A stretch of DNA of 64,000 nt. Source: Bdellovibrionales bacterium (GTDB taxonomy: Bacteria; Bdellovibrionota; Bdellovibrionia; Bdellovibrionales; JAUICD01). Made by a program: the position numbers and the translations under genes. This document shows, in pieces, positions 9,381 to 19,686 of this stretch (positions within the stretch are counted from its first letter, which is position 1; the number at the start of each line of letters is the position of its first letter). Below the pieces are notes generated by a model, which made no database searches, had not been told where the DNA came from, and saw only the letters and a list, made by a program, of their open reading frames with translations. The stretch lies in assembly GCA_965197425.1 (NCBI GenBank), contig CBDANC010000015.1, positions 352,001 through 416,000 of the forward strand, given 5' to 3'.

Positions 9381-9988
9381 TGTTTGTAGCGTTTGATTTA
9401 GAAACTACCGGTTTTATGCCTGGGGTTGATCGTATAATTGAAATAGGAGCAGTTAAATTTGATGGGCTAAAGCCTATAGATGCTTTTGTAAGCCTCGTAA
9501 ATCCTAGAATGGAAATACCACAATCATCAACCGACATAACCGGCATTACGAACGAAATGGTAAAAGATAATCCTCCTATAGAAAATTTGCTAGATGGGTT
9601 TGCCAAGTTTTGTAGCGGGCATCTGATGGTTGCACACAACGCCCCATTTGATTTTCAGTTTTTGGTAGAGGACATAAAAAGATATGAATCAAATTCACCC
9701 ACCAACTATATATTTGATACCTGCTCTATTTCTAGAAAAGTTTTTCCAGGGCTTATTAACTATAAATTAGGAACACTCACACATTATCTAAAAATTAAAT
9801 CCTCTGGATTTCATCGAGCAAAACAAGATGCAACCCTATGTGGGTATGTATTTGTAAATATCTTAAAAAAGATTAAAATGGAAGACTCAAGCATTGAGCT
9901 TTTTGATGCTTTAGCTAAACTTAGTAAAAATCCTCCACTAAAATTCCCTAAAATCCATAAAATTCATAAACAAGCCACATTATTTTGA
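9380..9988 (+). CDS. DEDDh 3'-5' exonuclease (DnaQ/PolC-exo-like)
   Basis: FVAFDLETTG, AHNAPFD, HRAKQDA motifs; start placed at ATG 9380 because the longer ORF reads through a repeat. Confidence 0.9.
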   Translation: MFVAFDLETTGFMPGVDRIIEIGAVKFDGLKPIDAFVSLVNPRMEIPQSSTDITGITNEMVKDNPPIENLLDGFAKFCSGHLMVAHNAPFDFQFLVEDIKRYESNSPTNYIFDTCSISRKVFPGLINYKLGTLTHYLKIKSSGFHRAKQDATLCGYVFVNILKKIKMEDSSIELFDALAKLSKNPPLKFPKIHKIHKQATLF

Positions 9989-9990
9989 TA

Positions 9991-10271
9991 TAAAGGTCTT
10001 CGCTAAAACTGAAAGTTGCCCAGGCGAAATGCAGTGCAAAGCACAAATGTAGCCAAGGTACTTTCAGTATTAGAGTTGCCCAGCTCTGGACACTGATGCC
10101 GATCCCGTTACATAAGGTCTTCCGAACGAGACAAAAATAAGGAGGCTACGCCTACTTTGGTTCAATTGGCTCACGGGATAAATCTTTATATTATCCAATT
10201 GAAATAACCTCCCTGTGGTCGGTTTTTTATCCGAGTGGTTGCCCGGCTCTGGAACAAGATGCTGATCCCGT
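9991..10271 (-). repeat. Two tandem modular repeats (9991-10108 type I; 10113-10271 type II carrying the 66-bp element)
   Basis: Each unit reads ACGGGATC.GCATC..T.TCCAGAGC.GGGCAAC...GAAGACCTT on the minus strand. Confidence 0.8.
10157..10222 (-). repeat. 66-bp hairpin miniature element, copy 2 (nested in modular repeat)
   Basis: Reverse complement 64/66 identical to 1035-1100; absent from equivalent repeat at 54449-54539. Confidence 0.85.
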
Positions 10272-10497
10272 CACACAAAGATTTTCCTATGTCCGTCTGA
10301 CTGATTGTCACTGTTCCCAGCCTGCCTGTTTGCCAGATCCAGAGATCATTTATTTTTAGTTGATTATTTGGTTGGATTTGTGTATGGATTTGTTCTGGTT
10401 ACATATTTTTGTAACTTTCCCTTGGCTTCCCTTGATTTTGTTATATTTGTTTTCGGTGGTCTGTGAGCCTCTGGGTTTTATTATTTTGGTGTTGTAT

Positions 10498-10998
10498 ATG
10501 GATTTAAGGCAACTAATAGAAGGTGTTTGTAAGGATGTGGGTGTACTATTGTATGATTTTCAATCTGTCTATTTGAAGGGTGGTACTAAGAAGTTGATGG
10601 TTTATTTGGATAAGGATGATCCTAAGGTTAGTGGTATTACAGTTGATGATTGTGCCACCGTCTCCAGACAAATAAGTTCAAAGCTGGGCGCCTTAAAAGA
10701 GCCTAGGGATAACTATTCTTTGGAGGTATCCAGCCCTGGGATCGATAGGATCCTCAGAGAATCTTGGCACTTTAAGAGAGTTATTGGTAGAAGTGTGACT
10801 GTTGAAACTTCTGCTAATATTGCGCTGGATGGTAGAAATTGTCGTAAGTTTAAAGGTAGGTTACTTCAGGCAGATGACAATGAAATAGTTGTCTCTAACG
10901 GAGGTGTGAAATTAACGATTCCGATTGTCGACATTAAGAAAGCTAGATTAAACGGGCAAGAGGAACTTAACAAGAAAGGATTATCTTATGTCAGCTGA
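10498..10998 (+). CDS. rimP: Ribosome maturation factor RimP
   Basis: GITVDDCATVSR, YSLEVSSPGIDR; upstream of nusA; start placed at MDLRQ. Confidence 0.9.
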   Translation: MDLRQLIEGVCKDVGVLLYDFQSVYLKGGTKKLMVYLDKDDPKVSGITVDDCATVSRQISSKLGALKEPRDNYSLEVSSPGIDRILRESWHFKRVIGRSVTVETSANIALDGRNCRKFKGRLLQADDNEIVVSNGGVKLTIPIVDIKKARLNGQEELNKKGLSYVS

Positions 10999-12505
10999 AT
11001 TTTCTGATTTAGCAAAAATGATCGATACAATAGGTAGGGAAAAGGGCATTGACCGCAACCTTATAGTAGATGCCATCTCTCAAGGTATGCTAATGGCAGC
11101 AAGGAAAAAGTATGGCACTTATAGAGAGATAGAAGCTTCTTATAACGAAGAGATGGGAGAAGTTGAACTATATGAGTTTAAGGAAGTTGTAAAGCCTGAG
11201 AATTTTGTAGACGAAGAAGTTGAGATAAAGTTAGAGGATGGAAGAGAACTGGATCCGGAGTGCCAGGTTGGAGATTATATAGGTGTTAAACTAGATTCAT
11301 CTGATCTAGGTAGAATTGCAGTTCAAACTGCAAGACAAATTATTACTCAGAAAGTACGTGATGCTGAAAAGGATATAATCTTTCAAGAATTTGAAGAACG
11401 TCGAGGTGAAATAGCTTCCGGTACCGTTAGAAGAGTCGAAAGAAGGTATGGCTCTACCACAGGTGGAACTGTGATAATTGATTTTGGAAGAACCGAAGCT
11501 TATCTACCTCAAAGAGAACAAATTCCAGGGGAGATTTACAAGCAAGGAGACAGAGTTCAAGGGTATATTGCCGATGTTAGGCAGGCTACCAAAGGCCCTC
11601 AGATTATAATGTCCAGAGCTGATGAACAGTACATGGTAAAGCTTTTTGAAATAGAAGTCCCTGAGATACACGACGGAATAGTCGAAATAGTCTCTGCTGC
11701 TAGGGAACCTGGTGCTAGAGCAAAAATTGCGGTTATATCTAAGGACAGTGCAGTGGATCCTGTAGGTGCATGTGTTGGAATGAAAGGTATTAGAGTACAA
11801 AATATTGTTCAAGAGCTACAGGGTGAAAAGATAGACATCATCCCATATGATCAAGATGTCACTAAGTTTGTGTGTAATGCTCTTCAACCTTCTGAAGTAT
11901 CTAAGGTTTTTATAGACGATGAAAATAAAGAGATGGAAGTTGTTGTTCCTGATGCTCAGCTAAGTTTAGCTATTGGAAAGAAAGGGCAGAATGTTAGGTT
12001 AGCCGCAAAACTTACAGGTTGGCATATAGATATAATTTCAGAATCTGATGTAGCCCTTAGACAAAAAGAAGCCATATTTAATTTGATGATGTTGCCTGAT
12101 ATGACAGAAACCATGGCTCAAAGTATATATCAATGTGGATTTAGTACATTTGAAATATTAGCCCATTCAAGTTTGGAAAATGTGCAGACCATACCCGGCT
12201 ATAACGAAAAATCAGCTCAAAAATTAATTGAAGATGCCAAAGCTTTAATTAAAAAATTCGAAGATGAAGGTAAGGAAATTCCAACCCTTGTAAAAGAAAG
12301 TGCCCCTGACAAATCTGAGGAACAAACTAAAAAGGAAAAAGAAGCAAAAGCCACAAAAACCTCAGATTTAGGAAGTAAAAATGGTTCTAATAGCACAGCC
12401 AGTGCAGATGCCAAGGAACAAGCTGAAGAGCGATTGAGAGAAGATATCAAAAATACTGAAGAGAGTAATAAAATAAAAGAAGCTGAAGAGAGTAACAGCA
12501 ATTAA
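10988..12505 (+). CDS. nusA: Transcription factor NusA
   Basis: GRIAVQTARQ, AREPGARAKIAV, GACVGMKG, AIGKKGQNVRLA. Confidence 0.97.
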   Translation: MSAEFSDLAKMIDTIGREKGIDRNLIVDAISQGMLMAARKKYGTYREIEASYNEEMGEVELYEFKEVVKPENFVDEEVEIKLEDGRELDPECQVGDYIGVKLDSSDLGRIAVQTARQIITQKVRDAEKDIIFQEFEERRGEIASGTVRRVERRYGSTTGGTVIIDFGRTEAYLPQREQIPGEIYKQGDRVQGYIADVRQATKGPQIIMSRADEQYMVKLFEIEVPEIHDGIVEIVSAAREPGARAKIAVISKDSAVDPVGACVGMKGIRVQNIVQELQGEKIDIIPYDQDVTKFVCNALQPSEVSKVFIDDENKEMEVVVPDAQLSLAIGKKGQNVRLAAKLTGWHIDIISESDVALRQKEAIFNLMMLPDMTETMAQSIYQCGFSTFEILAHSSLENVQTIPGYNEKSAQKLIEDAKALIKKFEDEGKEIPTLVKESAPDKSEEQTKKEKEAKATKTSDLGSKNGSNSTASADAKEQAEERLREDIKNTEESNKIKEAEESNSN

Positions 12506-12518
12506 GGTAGGAGACCTA

Positions 12519-15308
12519 GTGCAAGGTAAGAAAAAAGTTTATGAATTAGCCAAAGAACTTGGTATTGACAGTAAGAGTTTGATGCAAAAGCTTGCAAATA
12601 TGAAACTTGCGGTAAAAAGTCACATGTCTTCTCTAGAACCTGATGTGGTAAAAAAGGTATCAGAGTCTTTAAAACAACAAGACAAACCAAAAGCAATCAA
12701 AACAAAAAAAGTAAAAACAAAACAACCCAAAAAAGTTGAAACCAAAAAAACCAAAAAAACTAAAAAAATTAAAAAAATTAAAAAAATTAAAAAAACTAAA
12801 GCAAAAACTACTAGTAAGGATGTAGTAGTAAAGCCAAAAACATCTTTTGAAAAAAAGAAGGTTTTTGAGCTAGCCAGAGAAATTGGCTTAGACACCATCA
12901 CTTTAATGGGCAAGCTTAAAGCTTGGAAGTTAGCACCCAAAAGTCATATGTCTGTTTTGGATAGTGAAACCCTGGGAAAGGTATATGAGCTACTAGAGGA
13001 TGAAAAAGATAAAAAGGTAGAAGTTAAAAGAGTCGTAAAGAAAGTTGTAAAGAAAATTTCCAAGAAGGTAATCAGAAGAACAGCTAGCAGTGTTCCATCA
13101 GTAAAACAGGCGGAAGAAAGAGCAAGAAAGCAAAAAGAAATAGAAGAGGCACAGAAAGAGGCAGAAGCAGAGCCAGATACTAAAACAGAAGATAGATCTA
13201 AAACTCGAACTACCAGAAAAAATATTGTAGGAAAAATTGATTTAAGTCGTGTAGCAAAACCAGCTAAAAAAGATTCTGAAAAAGTAAGGGCTGGTAAGCC
13301 TTATTCAAAAGCCAATGTCCCAGTTCATCCCTCTCCTAGCTCTGATAAAAGAGATACTAAAAAACGTACATCTAGCTTAGATAAGAATGTAGAGACCACT
13401 GTAAGTCAAAAACGAGAAGAAGAAGTCCCACAGTTTGTAGGCTCTGAGTTTAGAAAAAGAGAAGTTCTGTTTCAACCAAAAAAAAGAAAAATGGTTTTAA
13501 ACAGAGAGTCTAAAAAAACCCTGATTACCACCCCTTCTGCTAAAAAAAGGGTTGTAAAAATTTATGGAAGTATAACAGTGGCAGAACTTGCAAAAAATAT
13601 GTCTGTTAAAGTGCCTGAGTTAATTTCTGTTTTGGCTAAAAATGGAGTAGAAGCAAATATAAACTATGAGCTTGATTATGATACAGCAAGCTTAATTGCT
13701 CCAGAGTTTAAGCATGAAGTTGTGAATGTTAAAAGATCCCTTGAAGATATAACAGACATTGCTGCTTTTGGAGATTTAGATGCCAAAAAGGTAAAGAGAT
13801 CTCCCATTGTGACAGTAATGGGACATGTTGATCATGGAAAAACAACCCTACTAGACACAATCAGAAAGACAAATGTAGCTTCGAAGGAAGCTGGTGGTAT
13901 CACTCAGCACATAGGTGCTTATTCAGTTGATCTTGGTGACAATAAACAAATAACTTTTGTAGATACTCCTGGCCACGAAGCGTTTACTGCAATGAGAGTT
14001 CGTGGTGCAAATGTAACAGATATAGTTATAATTGTGGTAGCGGTCGACGACGGCTTTATGCCTCAAACTGTAGAAGCCATAAACCATGCAAAAGCTGCCA
14101 ATGTTCCTATAATAATTGCTATCAATAAAATGGATAAACCAGGAGTAGATGTAGAAAAGATCAAACAAAAAGCTACGGAGTTTGAGTTGGTTCCTGAAGA
14201 GTGGGGTGGAACTACCATGTTCTCTCCTATAAGTGCCAAAACAGGTGATGGTGTAAGTGATCTATTAGAACATATTGTACTTGTAGCAGAGATGGCAGAG
14301 CTTCGCTGTAACCCTAAAAGATCTGGTGTGGGAGTGGTTTTGGAAGCCCAAGTTAAATCTGGTAGAGGTAATGTAGCTACCTTGTTGGTACAAGACGGCA
14401 CTATTAGTGTGGGGCAATATATCTGTGCTGGGACCATTAAAGGTAAAGTTAGAGCTATAATAAGTGATAAGGGTAAAAATATTAAATCTGCAGGCCCTGG
14501 TAAGCCAGTGGAAATTTTAGGCCTTGATCAAACTCCAAGTGCTGGAGATAAATTTTATATCTGTAAAAGTGAAAAGGGCGCCAGTTTAATTGTGGATAAG
14601 ATGAAGGAAGGTGTTAGTAAAGATGCTGTGCCTGACTCTAAAATGTCATTGGATGATTTATTTTCAAAGATAACTTCTTCTGACATGATCACCCTGCCCA
14701 TTGTAGTAAAAACTGATGTTGCTGGTACCGGTGAAGCTATTAAACAAGTGCTAAATAAAATATCTAATCCAGAAGTGCAGGTTAAAGTTGTACACAGTGC
14801 GGTTGGTGGTATAAGTGAGTCTGATGTTTTGCTAGCTTCTAGTGTTAAAGGCATAGTAGTTGGTTTTAATGTTAGACCAGACTCGGCGGCCCTCAATATC
14901 TCAAGTGCTAAAGGTATTGAAATAAAAACATACAATGTAGTGTATGAACTATTAGATGATATTGAAAAAGCAATACAAGGACTACTGAAACCAGAAATAA
15001 AAGAAAATATCGTAGGACATCTGGAAGTAAGAAATGTGTTTTCAGTTCCAAAAACCGGCACAATAGCAGGATGTTTTGTGCTAGATGGTAAAGTAAATAG
15101 AACCTCCAAACTAAGACTAATTAGACAAGGAAGTTCTATCTACGAAGGAAATGTTGGAAGCTTAAAAAGATTTAAAGATGATGTGAAAGAAGTGCTCACA
15201 GGATTTGAATGTGGGGTAAAAATCGAAGGATATAACGATATTAAAGTAGAAGACACAATAGAAGCTTACGAAATGATAGAAACCCAACCTACGGGTGGAG
15301 GCATTTGA
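12519..15308 (+). CDS. infB: Translation initiation factor IF-2
   Basis: [36 protein letters not shown]. Confidence 0.97.
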   Translation: MQGKKKVYELAKELGIDSKSLMQKLANMKLAVKSHMSSLEPDVVKKVSESLKQQDKPKAIKTKKVKTKQPKKVETKKTKKTKKIKKIKKIKKTKAKTTSKDVVVKPKTSFEKKKVFELAREIGLDTITLMGKLKAWKLAPKSHMSVLDSETLGKVYELLEDEKDKKVEVKRVVKKVVKKISKKVIRRTASSVPSVKQAEERARKQKEIEEAQKEAEAEPDTKTEDRSKTRTTRKNIVGKIDLSRVAKPAKKDSEKVRAGKPYSKANVPVHPSPSSDKRDTKKRTSSLDKNVETTVSQKREEEVPQFVGSEFRKREVLFQPKKRKMVLNRESKKTLITTPSAKKRVVKIYGSITVAELAKNMSVKVPELISVLAKNGVEANINYELDYDTASLIAPEFKHEVVNVKRSLEDITDIAAFGDLDAKKVKRSPIVTVMGHVDHGKTTLLDTIRKTNVASKEAGGITQHIGAYSVDLGDNKQITFVDTPGHEAFTAMRVRGANVTDIVIIVVAVDDGFMPQTVEAINHAKAANVPIIIAINKMDKPGVDVEKIKQKATEFELVPEEWGGTTMFSPISAKTGDGVSDLLEHIVLVAEMAELRCNPKRSGVGVVLEAQVKSGRGNVATLLVQDGTISVGQYICAGTIKGKVRAIISDKGKNIKSAGPGKPVEILGLDQTPSAGDKFYICKSEKGASLIVDKMKEGVSKDAVPDSKMSLDDLFSKITSSDMITLPIVVKTDVAGTGEAIKQVLNKISNPEVQVKVVHSAVGGISESDVLLASSVKGIVVGFNVRPDSAALNISSAKGIEIKTYNVVYELLDDIEKAIQGLLKPEIKENIVGHLEVRNVFSVPKTGTIAGCFVLDGKVNRTSKLRLIRQGSSIYEGNVGSLKRFKDDVKEVLTGFECGVKIEGYNDIKVEDTIEAYEMIETQPTGGGI

Positions 15309-15368
15309 TGGAAGTTAAAACAGACATTATATTTTGTATTCTACCAATTAAATACCTGCACCTGTAAG

Positions 15369-16355
15369 GTGCCAGTGAGTACAGGTTTGCGTTTTACGGA
15401 TAAGAAAATATGTCAGAATGTAATTCATCAGTCCAAATCTGGAGAAGCTAGCATTTTGACTGATTCTATCAATGTTGGAGGTATCCTACTTTTTGATAAG
15501 CCTAGTGGAATGTTGAGTCATGATGTGGTTAAGCTTGTAAGGAGAGTATTTGGTATTAAGGCTGTGGGGCATTCTGGCACATTAGATCCGTTGGCTTCTG
15601 GTTTAATGGTTATTTTGTTAAATCGTGCAACAAAGCTTTCCGATTTTCTTTTGAATTCGGACAAAACTTATAGAGTAAAGGTTTTATTAGGTGTTAGTAC
15701 TGACACCTACGATGCTGACGGTAGTATAATTAGCGAATCTAATGTGAGTGTCAGTGGAGATGATATTAAGCTTGCTATAAAAAAGTTTTCTGGGCCTGTA
15801 GATTTGTGTGTTCCTCCTTATTCTGCAACCAAGTATAAAGGTAAGAAGTTGTATGAATATGCAAGAGCAGGTCTTAAGGTACCCAAGATTATCAAGCCTA
15901 TGAATTTTAAAGATGTTAACTTAACTGCTGTAGGGGAGAATTATTTTGAAGCAAGTTTAAGTGTTTCGAAGGGTACCTACATTCGGTCTTGGGCACATGA
16001 GATCGGAAAATGTTTAAAAACTGGTGGTATTGTGAAGGAACTTAGGAGGCTTGGATCATATCCTTATGATGTGAAGAATGCCATAACAACTCAAGAATTA
16101 AAAAATCATGACATAGATAAAGGGTTTATACCTATGAATGATGTTTTAGAGCATGTACCTGAGTACTATCTCAGGGGTGGATGGAAAGATTTGGTGATAA
16201 GAGGTAGTATGCCAGAAGGTGTGATTTGGGAGGTAAAAAACTTGATGCATAGTAAAAATTGCAATGTAGTTAGGTTTAAGAGTGCTAATGATAGAAGATT
16301 GATAGGACTTGTGGCTTTAAGAGATAATAATTTTGTGACTTGTATTTTTAGATGA
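15369..16355 (+). CDS. truB: tRNA pseudouridine-55 synthase (true start probably somewhat downstream)
   Basis: GHSGTLDPLASG, PPYSA, LYEYAR, SKGTYIRS. Confidence 0.93.
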   Translation: MPVSTGLRFTDKKICQNVIHQSKSGEASILTDSINVGGILLFDKPSGMLSHDVVKLVRRVFGIKAVGHSGTLDPLASGLMVILLNRATKLSDFLLNSDKTYRVKVLLGVSTDTYDADGSIISESNVSVSGDDIKLAIKKFSGPVDLCVPPYSATKYKGKKLYEYARAGLKVPKIIKPMNFKDVNLTAVGENYFEASLSVSKGTYIRSWAHEIGKCLKTGGIVKELRRLGSYPYDVKNAITTQELKNHDIDKGFIPMNDVLEHVPEYYLRGGWKDLVIRGSMPEGVIWEVKNLMHSKNCNVVRFKSANDRRLIGLVALRDNNFVTCIFR

Positions 16356-16393
16356 ACATTAGTAGGTTGTTCCCTAAAATCTGTGGAGGATTG

Positions 16394-16660
16394 ATGTTAG
16401 CGAGAGATATTAAGCGTAAGTTGATAGATGAATATAAGGTAGCTGAGAATGACACTGGTAGTGTTGATGTTCAAGTTGCCATTTTAACAAAAAGAATAAA
16501 CAGTTTGATAAGCCATTTTGATGCTCATAAAAAAGATAATCATTCTAGGCGTGGGCTTATAAATATGGTGAATAAGAGAAAAAGCCTTATCAGTTATTTG
16601 AAAGACAAAGATTCCAAGCGATACTCTGAATTAGTATCCAAACTTGGTCTTAGGAAGTAG
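16394..16660 (+). CDS. rpsO: 30S ribosomal protein S15
   Basis: DTGSVDVQVAILT, HKKDNHSRRGL, LGLRK; GGAGG upstream of ATG 16394. Confidence 0.95.
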   Translation: MLARDIKRKLIDEYKVAENDTGSVDVQVAILTKRINSLISHFDAHKKDNHSRRGLINMVNKRKSLISYLKDKDSKRYSELVSKLGLRK

Positions 16661-16668
16661 AGGACAGC

Positions 16669-18759
16669 ATGAAAAATACTAAATTAAATATATCCCTTGG
16701 TGGAAGGGAACTAAGTTTGGAAACAGGGGTATATGCAAAGCAAGCGCATGGTTCTGTTGTTACCAGGTGTGATGATAACATTGTTCTAACCACGGTTGTT
16801 TCTTCTAAGAATTCTTCCAATCTGGATTTTTTCCCAATGACAGTTGAGTTTCAAGAGCGATTTTATGCAACTGGCAAATTTCCTGGTGGTTACTTTAAAA
16901 GAGAGGGTGGACGACCTGGAGAATTTAATATATTAACCTGTAGGTTGACTGACAGATCACTTAGACCTCTATTCCCTGATGGTTATAATTTTGAAACTCA
17001 GATTGTATCTACTGTTTTAAGTTCTGATGGTTCATTTCCATGTGATATTTTGGCTTGTATAGGTGCAAGTTCTGCTCTTCACATTAGTGATATTCCTTTT
17101 GGAGGTCCCGTTTGCACTTTAAGGCTGGCTAAGATTAATGGCAAGTTTGTGATAAACCCTGGTCTTGATGAAGTTAATGATTCCAAAATGGACATGGTGG
17201 TTGCTGGTACTAGTAAGGGCTTATCGATGGTTGAAGGGGGTGCTAAATTTATATCTGAGGATGAAGTTTTAGAGGCCTTACAATTTGCTTACTCTTCATT
17301 TGCTCCTGTTTTAGAGGCTCAAGAAGAGTTAAGAAAAAAGGTGGGAGTTGATAAAAGGGAATTTGTTCCTAGCAAAGTGGATGATAGTTTTAGATCTAGT
17401 ATTGAGAATGAAATTAGTAGCAAGGTATCAGAGGCTCTTAAGGTAAAAGTTAAAACAGACAGATACGCAGAGTTTTCTAAAATAAAAGATGAAGCGTTAG
17501 ATAAGTTTGTAACATCAGAAGATTCCGATGAAGCTTCTGAACAAAAAAAGAATGTTTCAAAGGTATTTGAAGATCTTAAGTATAATTTATCTAGAGACAT
17601 GATTTTATCTGGGCGTACTAGGATTGATTCTAGAAAGTGCGATGAGATTAGGCCCATTACTTGTGAAGCAGGCCTATTGCCAAGAGCTCATGGTTCTGGA
17701 GTATTTACCAGGGGTGAGACGCAGGTTTTGGCGGCCGTAACTTTGGGTACTTCTGACGATGCTCAAACAATAGATACTATAAATGGTTATGTGACTAAAG
17801 ACTTCATGTTACATTATAACTTTCCACCTTTTTGTGTTGGAGAGACTGGGCGTTTAGGTGGTCAGAGCAGAAGAGAGATTGGTCATGGATTTTTGGCTGA
17901 AAGATCTCTTAGTGCAGTTTTACCTTCGGTAGAGAAGTTTCCTTATACCATTAGGTTGGTAAGCGAGGTATTGGAGTCTAATGGTTCCAGTTCTATGGGT
18001 ACAGTTTGTTCTGGAATGTTATCTTTGTTGGATGCTGGTGTTCCTGTGAAGGGTAATGTAGCTGGAATTGCTATGGGTTTGATTAAAAAAGGTGATAAGG
18101 TTGAGGTGTTATCAGACATACTTGGTGACGAGGATCATCTTGGGGACATGGATTTTAAAGTAGCTGGTAGTAGGGATGGTATCACTGCTTTACAGATGGA
18201 CATAAAAATTGATTCTGTTTCATTTGATATTTTAAAGACTGCATTGGCACAAGCTAAGGTGGGTAGATGTCATATATTAGATGAGATGGAAAAAGTTATT
18301 TCTACTACTAAAGCAAATTTATCTGAGTATGTTCCTAAAATTGAAACTGTGACAATAAAGCAGGACAAAGTTAGGGATGTAATAGGTCCTGGTGGTAAAG
18401 TGATAAAAGAAATTATAGCTACTACTGGTGTAAAGATGGATATAGGTGATGATGGTGTGATTAAAGTAGCATCAGCAGATCCAGATGCTAGAGCTAAAGC
18501 TCTTAAGATGATAAGTGATATTGTTGCAGAGGCTGAAGTAGGAAAGTCATATACAGGTAAGGTGGTAAAGATTTTAGACTTTGGAGCGTTTGTAGAGGTT
18601 TTGCCTAATACCACAGGTCTTTTACATATATCTGAAATTGATCATAAAAGAGTAAGACATGTTGAGGATTATATGAAAGAGGGTGATGAAGTTAATGTTA
18701 AGGTTTTGGATGTAGACAGAACCGGGAAAATAAAACTCTCCAGAAAAGCTCTCTTATAA
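16669..18759 (+). CDS. pnp: Polyribonucleotide nucleotidyltransferase
   Basis: RREIGHG, SNGSSSM, DHLGDMDFKVAG, KH and S1 domains. Confidence 0.97.
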   Translation: MKNTKLNISLGGRELSLETGVYAKQAHGSVVTRCDDNIVLTTVVSSKNSSNLDFFPMTVEFQERFYATGKFPGGYFKREGGRPGEFNILTCRLTDRSLRPLFPDGYNFETQIVSTVLSSDGSFPCDILACIGASSALHISDIPFGGPVCTLRLAKINGKFVINPGLDEVNDSKMDMVVAGTSKGLSMVEGGAKFISEDEVLEALQFAYSSFAPVLEAQEELRKKVGVDKREFVPSKVDDSFRSSIENEISSKVSEALKVKVKTDRYAEFSKIKDEALDKFVTSEDSDEASEQKKNVSKVFEDLKYNLSRDMILSGRTRIDSRKCDEIRPITCEAGLLPRAHGSGVFTRGETQVLAAVTLGTSDDAQTIDTINGYVTKDFMLHYNFPPFCVGETGRLGGQSRREIGHGFLAERSLSAVLPSVEKFPYTIRLVSEVLESNGSSSMGTVCSGMLSLLDAGVPVKGNVAGIAMGLIKKGDKVEVLSDILGDEDHLGDMDFKVAGSRDGITALQMDIKIDSVSFDILKTALAQAKVGRCHILDEMEKVISTTKANLSEYVPKIETVTIKQDKVRDVIGPGGKVIKEIIATTGVKMDIGDDGVIKVASADPDARAKALKMISDIVAEAEVGKSYTGKVVKILDFGAFVEVLPNTTGLLHISEIDHKRVRHVEDYMKEGDEVNVKVLDVDRTGKIKLSRKALL

Positions 18760-18877
18760 AAATCTTTTATTATAGGTTTATAGTTTAGTTACTGTTTGTA
18801 TTGGTTGACATTTACAAAACATTGATTATATAACCAGATTGTTATGGCTGAAATCTTTCAGATAACGGAGGTACTTA

Positions 18878-19129
18878 ATGACAAATGACGCTGCTGCAAA
18901 GGCAGAAATAGGAAAAACATATACTGGTAAGGTGGTTAAAGTTGTAGCTTTTGGGGCATTTGTAGAGGTGTTGCCTAATACTACAGGTCTTTTACATATA
19001 TCTGAAATTGATCATAAAAGAGTAAGACATGTTGAGGATTATATGAAAGAGGGTGATGAAGTTAATGTTAAGGTTTTAGATGTTGATAAAACTGGAAAAA
19101 TAAAACTATCTAGAAAAGCCCTTTTGTAG
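18878..19129 (+). CDS. Stand-alone S1-domain protein duplicated from the PNPase C-terminus
   Basis: Near-identical to the last ~75 aa of pnp; GGAGG SD upstream; TTGACA at 18805. Confidence 0.8.
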   Translation: MTNDAAAKAEIGKTYTGKVVKVVAFGAFVEVLPNTTGLLHISEIDHKRVRHVEDYMKEGDEVNVKVLDVDKTGKIKLSRKALL

Positions 19130-19163
19130 CCTCGCAGTTATTTTATATTTTTACTACATTTGT

Positions 19164-19610
19164 TTATTCTTCAATTAGAACAGCTCTAACAACAACTTTC
19201 CTTCCTACTTTTTGAATCACAAAGTTGTCTGTTATTCCTGGATTCATAGTGCCTATATTACCTGGGTGGCCTAAACGACCTGGGTTTATAGAATTGTCCC
19301 TTACACGTACTTCTTTTGCTCTAATTGAGCTGTCAATGATAAGAGCATTTGCTCCACAACGACAAGCATATTTTTTAGTCCGATCAACAGCTTGTGCTAA
19401 AGAATCAGACGCACCAATTTCAGAGTCTATTAAACATACAGCTTTATATGGCTTGTTGATTTCTTTACCACTAGTGTAAACACTAATCCTACAGTTATCT
19501 TTTTTTGGAGGATAATAATGACCACCTAATCTTATTGATCCAGGTTCTGGAGTGATACATCCAGTAAGTAAAAACGCTATACTTATTGTAATGATATGGC
19601 TTTTGTTCAT
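19164..19610 (-). CDS. Hypothetical lipoprotein
   Basis: Lipobox LLTGC; ACRCGANALII segment. Confidence 0.65.
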   Translation of the reverse strand: MNKSHIITISIAFLLTGCITPEPGSIRLGGHYYPPKKDNCRISVYTSGKEINKPYKAVCLIDSEIGASDSLAQAVDRTKKYACRCGANALIIDSSIRAKEVRVRDNSINPGRLGHPGNIGTMNPGITDNFVIQKVGRKVVVRAVLIEE

Positions 19611-19686
19611 CTTTTACCTCCAAGGAAAAGAGGGAGAGGATGGGTCAATATTTTTAACTGCATGTTACACGCCCCCTATTGTGAAC

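Noticed and set aside
12217..18614. Minus-strand ORFs within nusA, infB and pnp (and similar short shadows elsewhere)
   Set aside because: Antisense to well-conserved genes with no recognisable motifs
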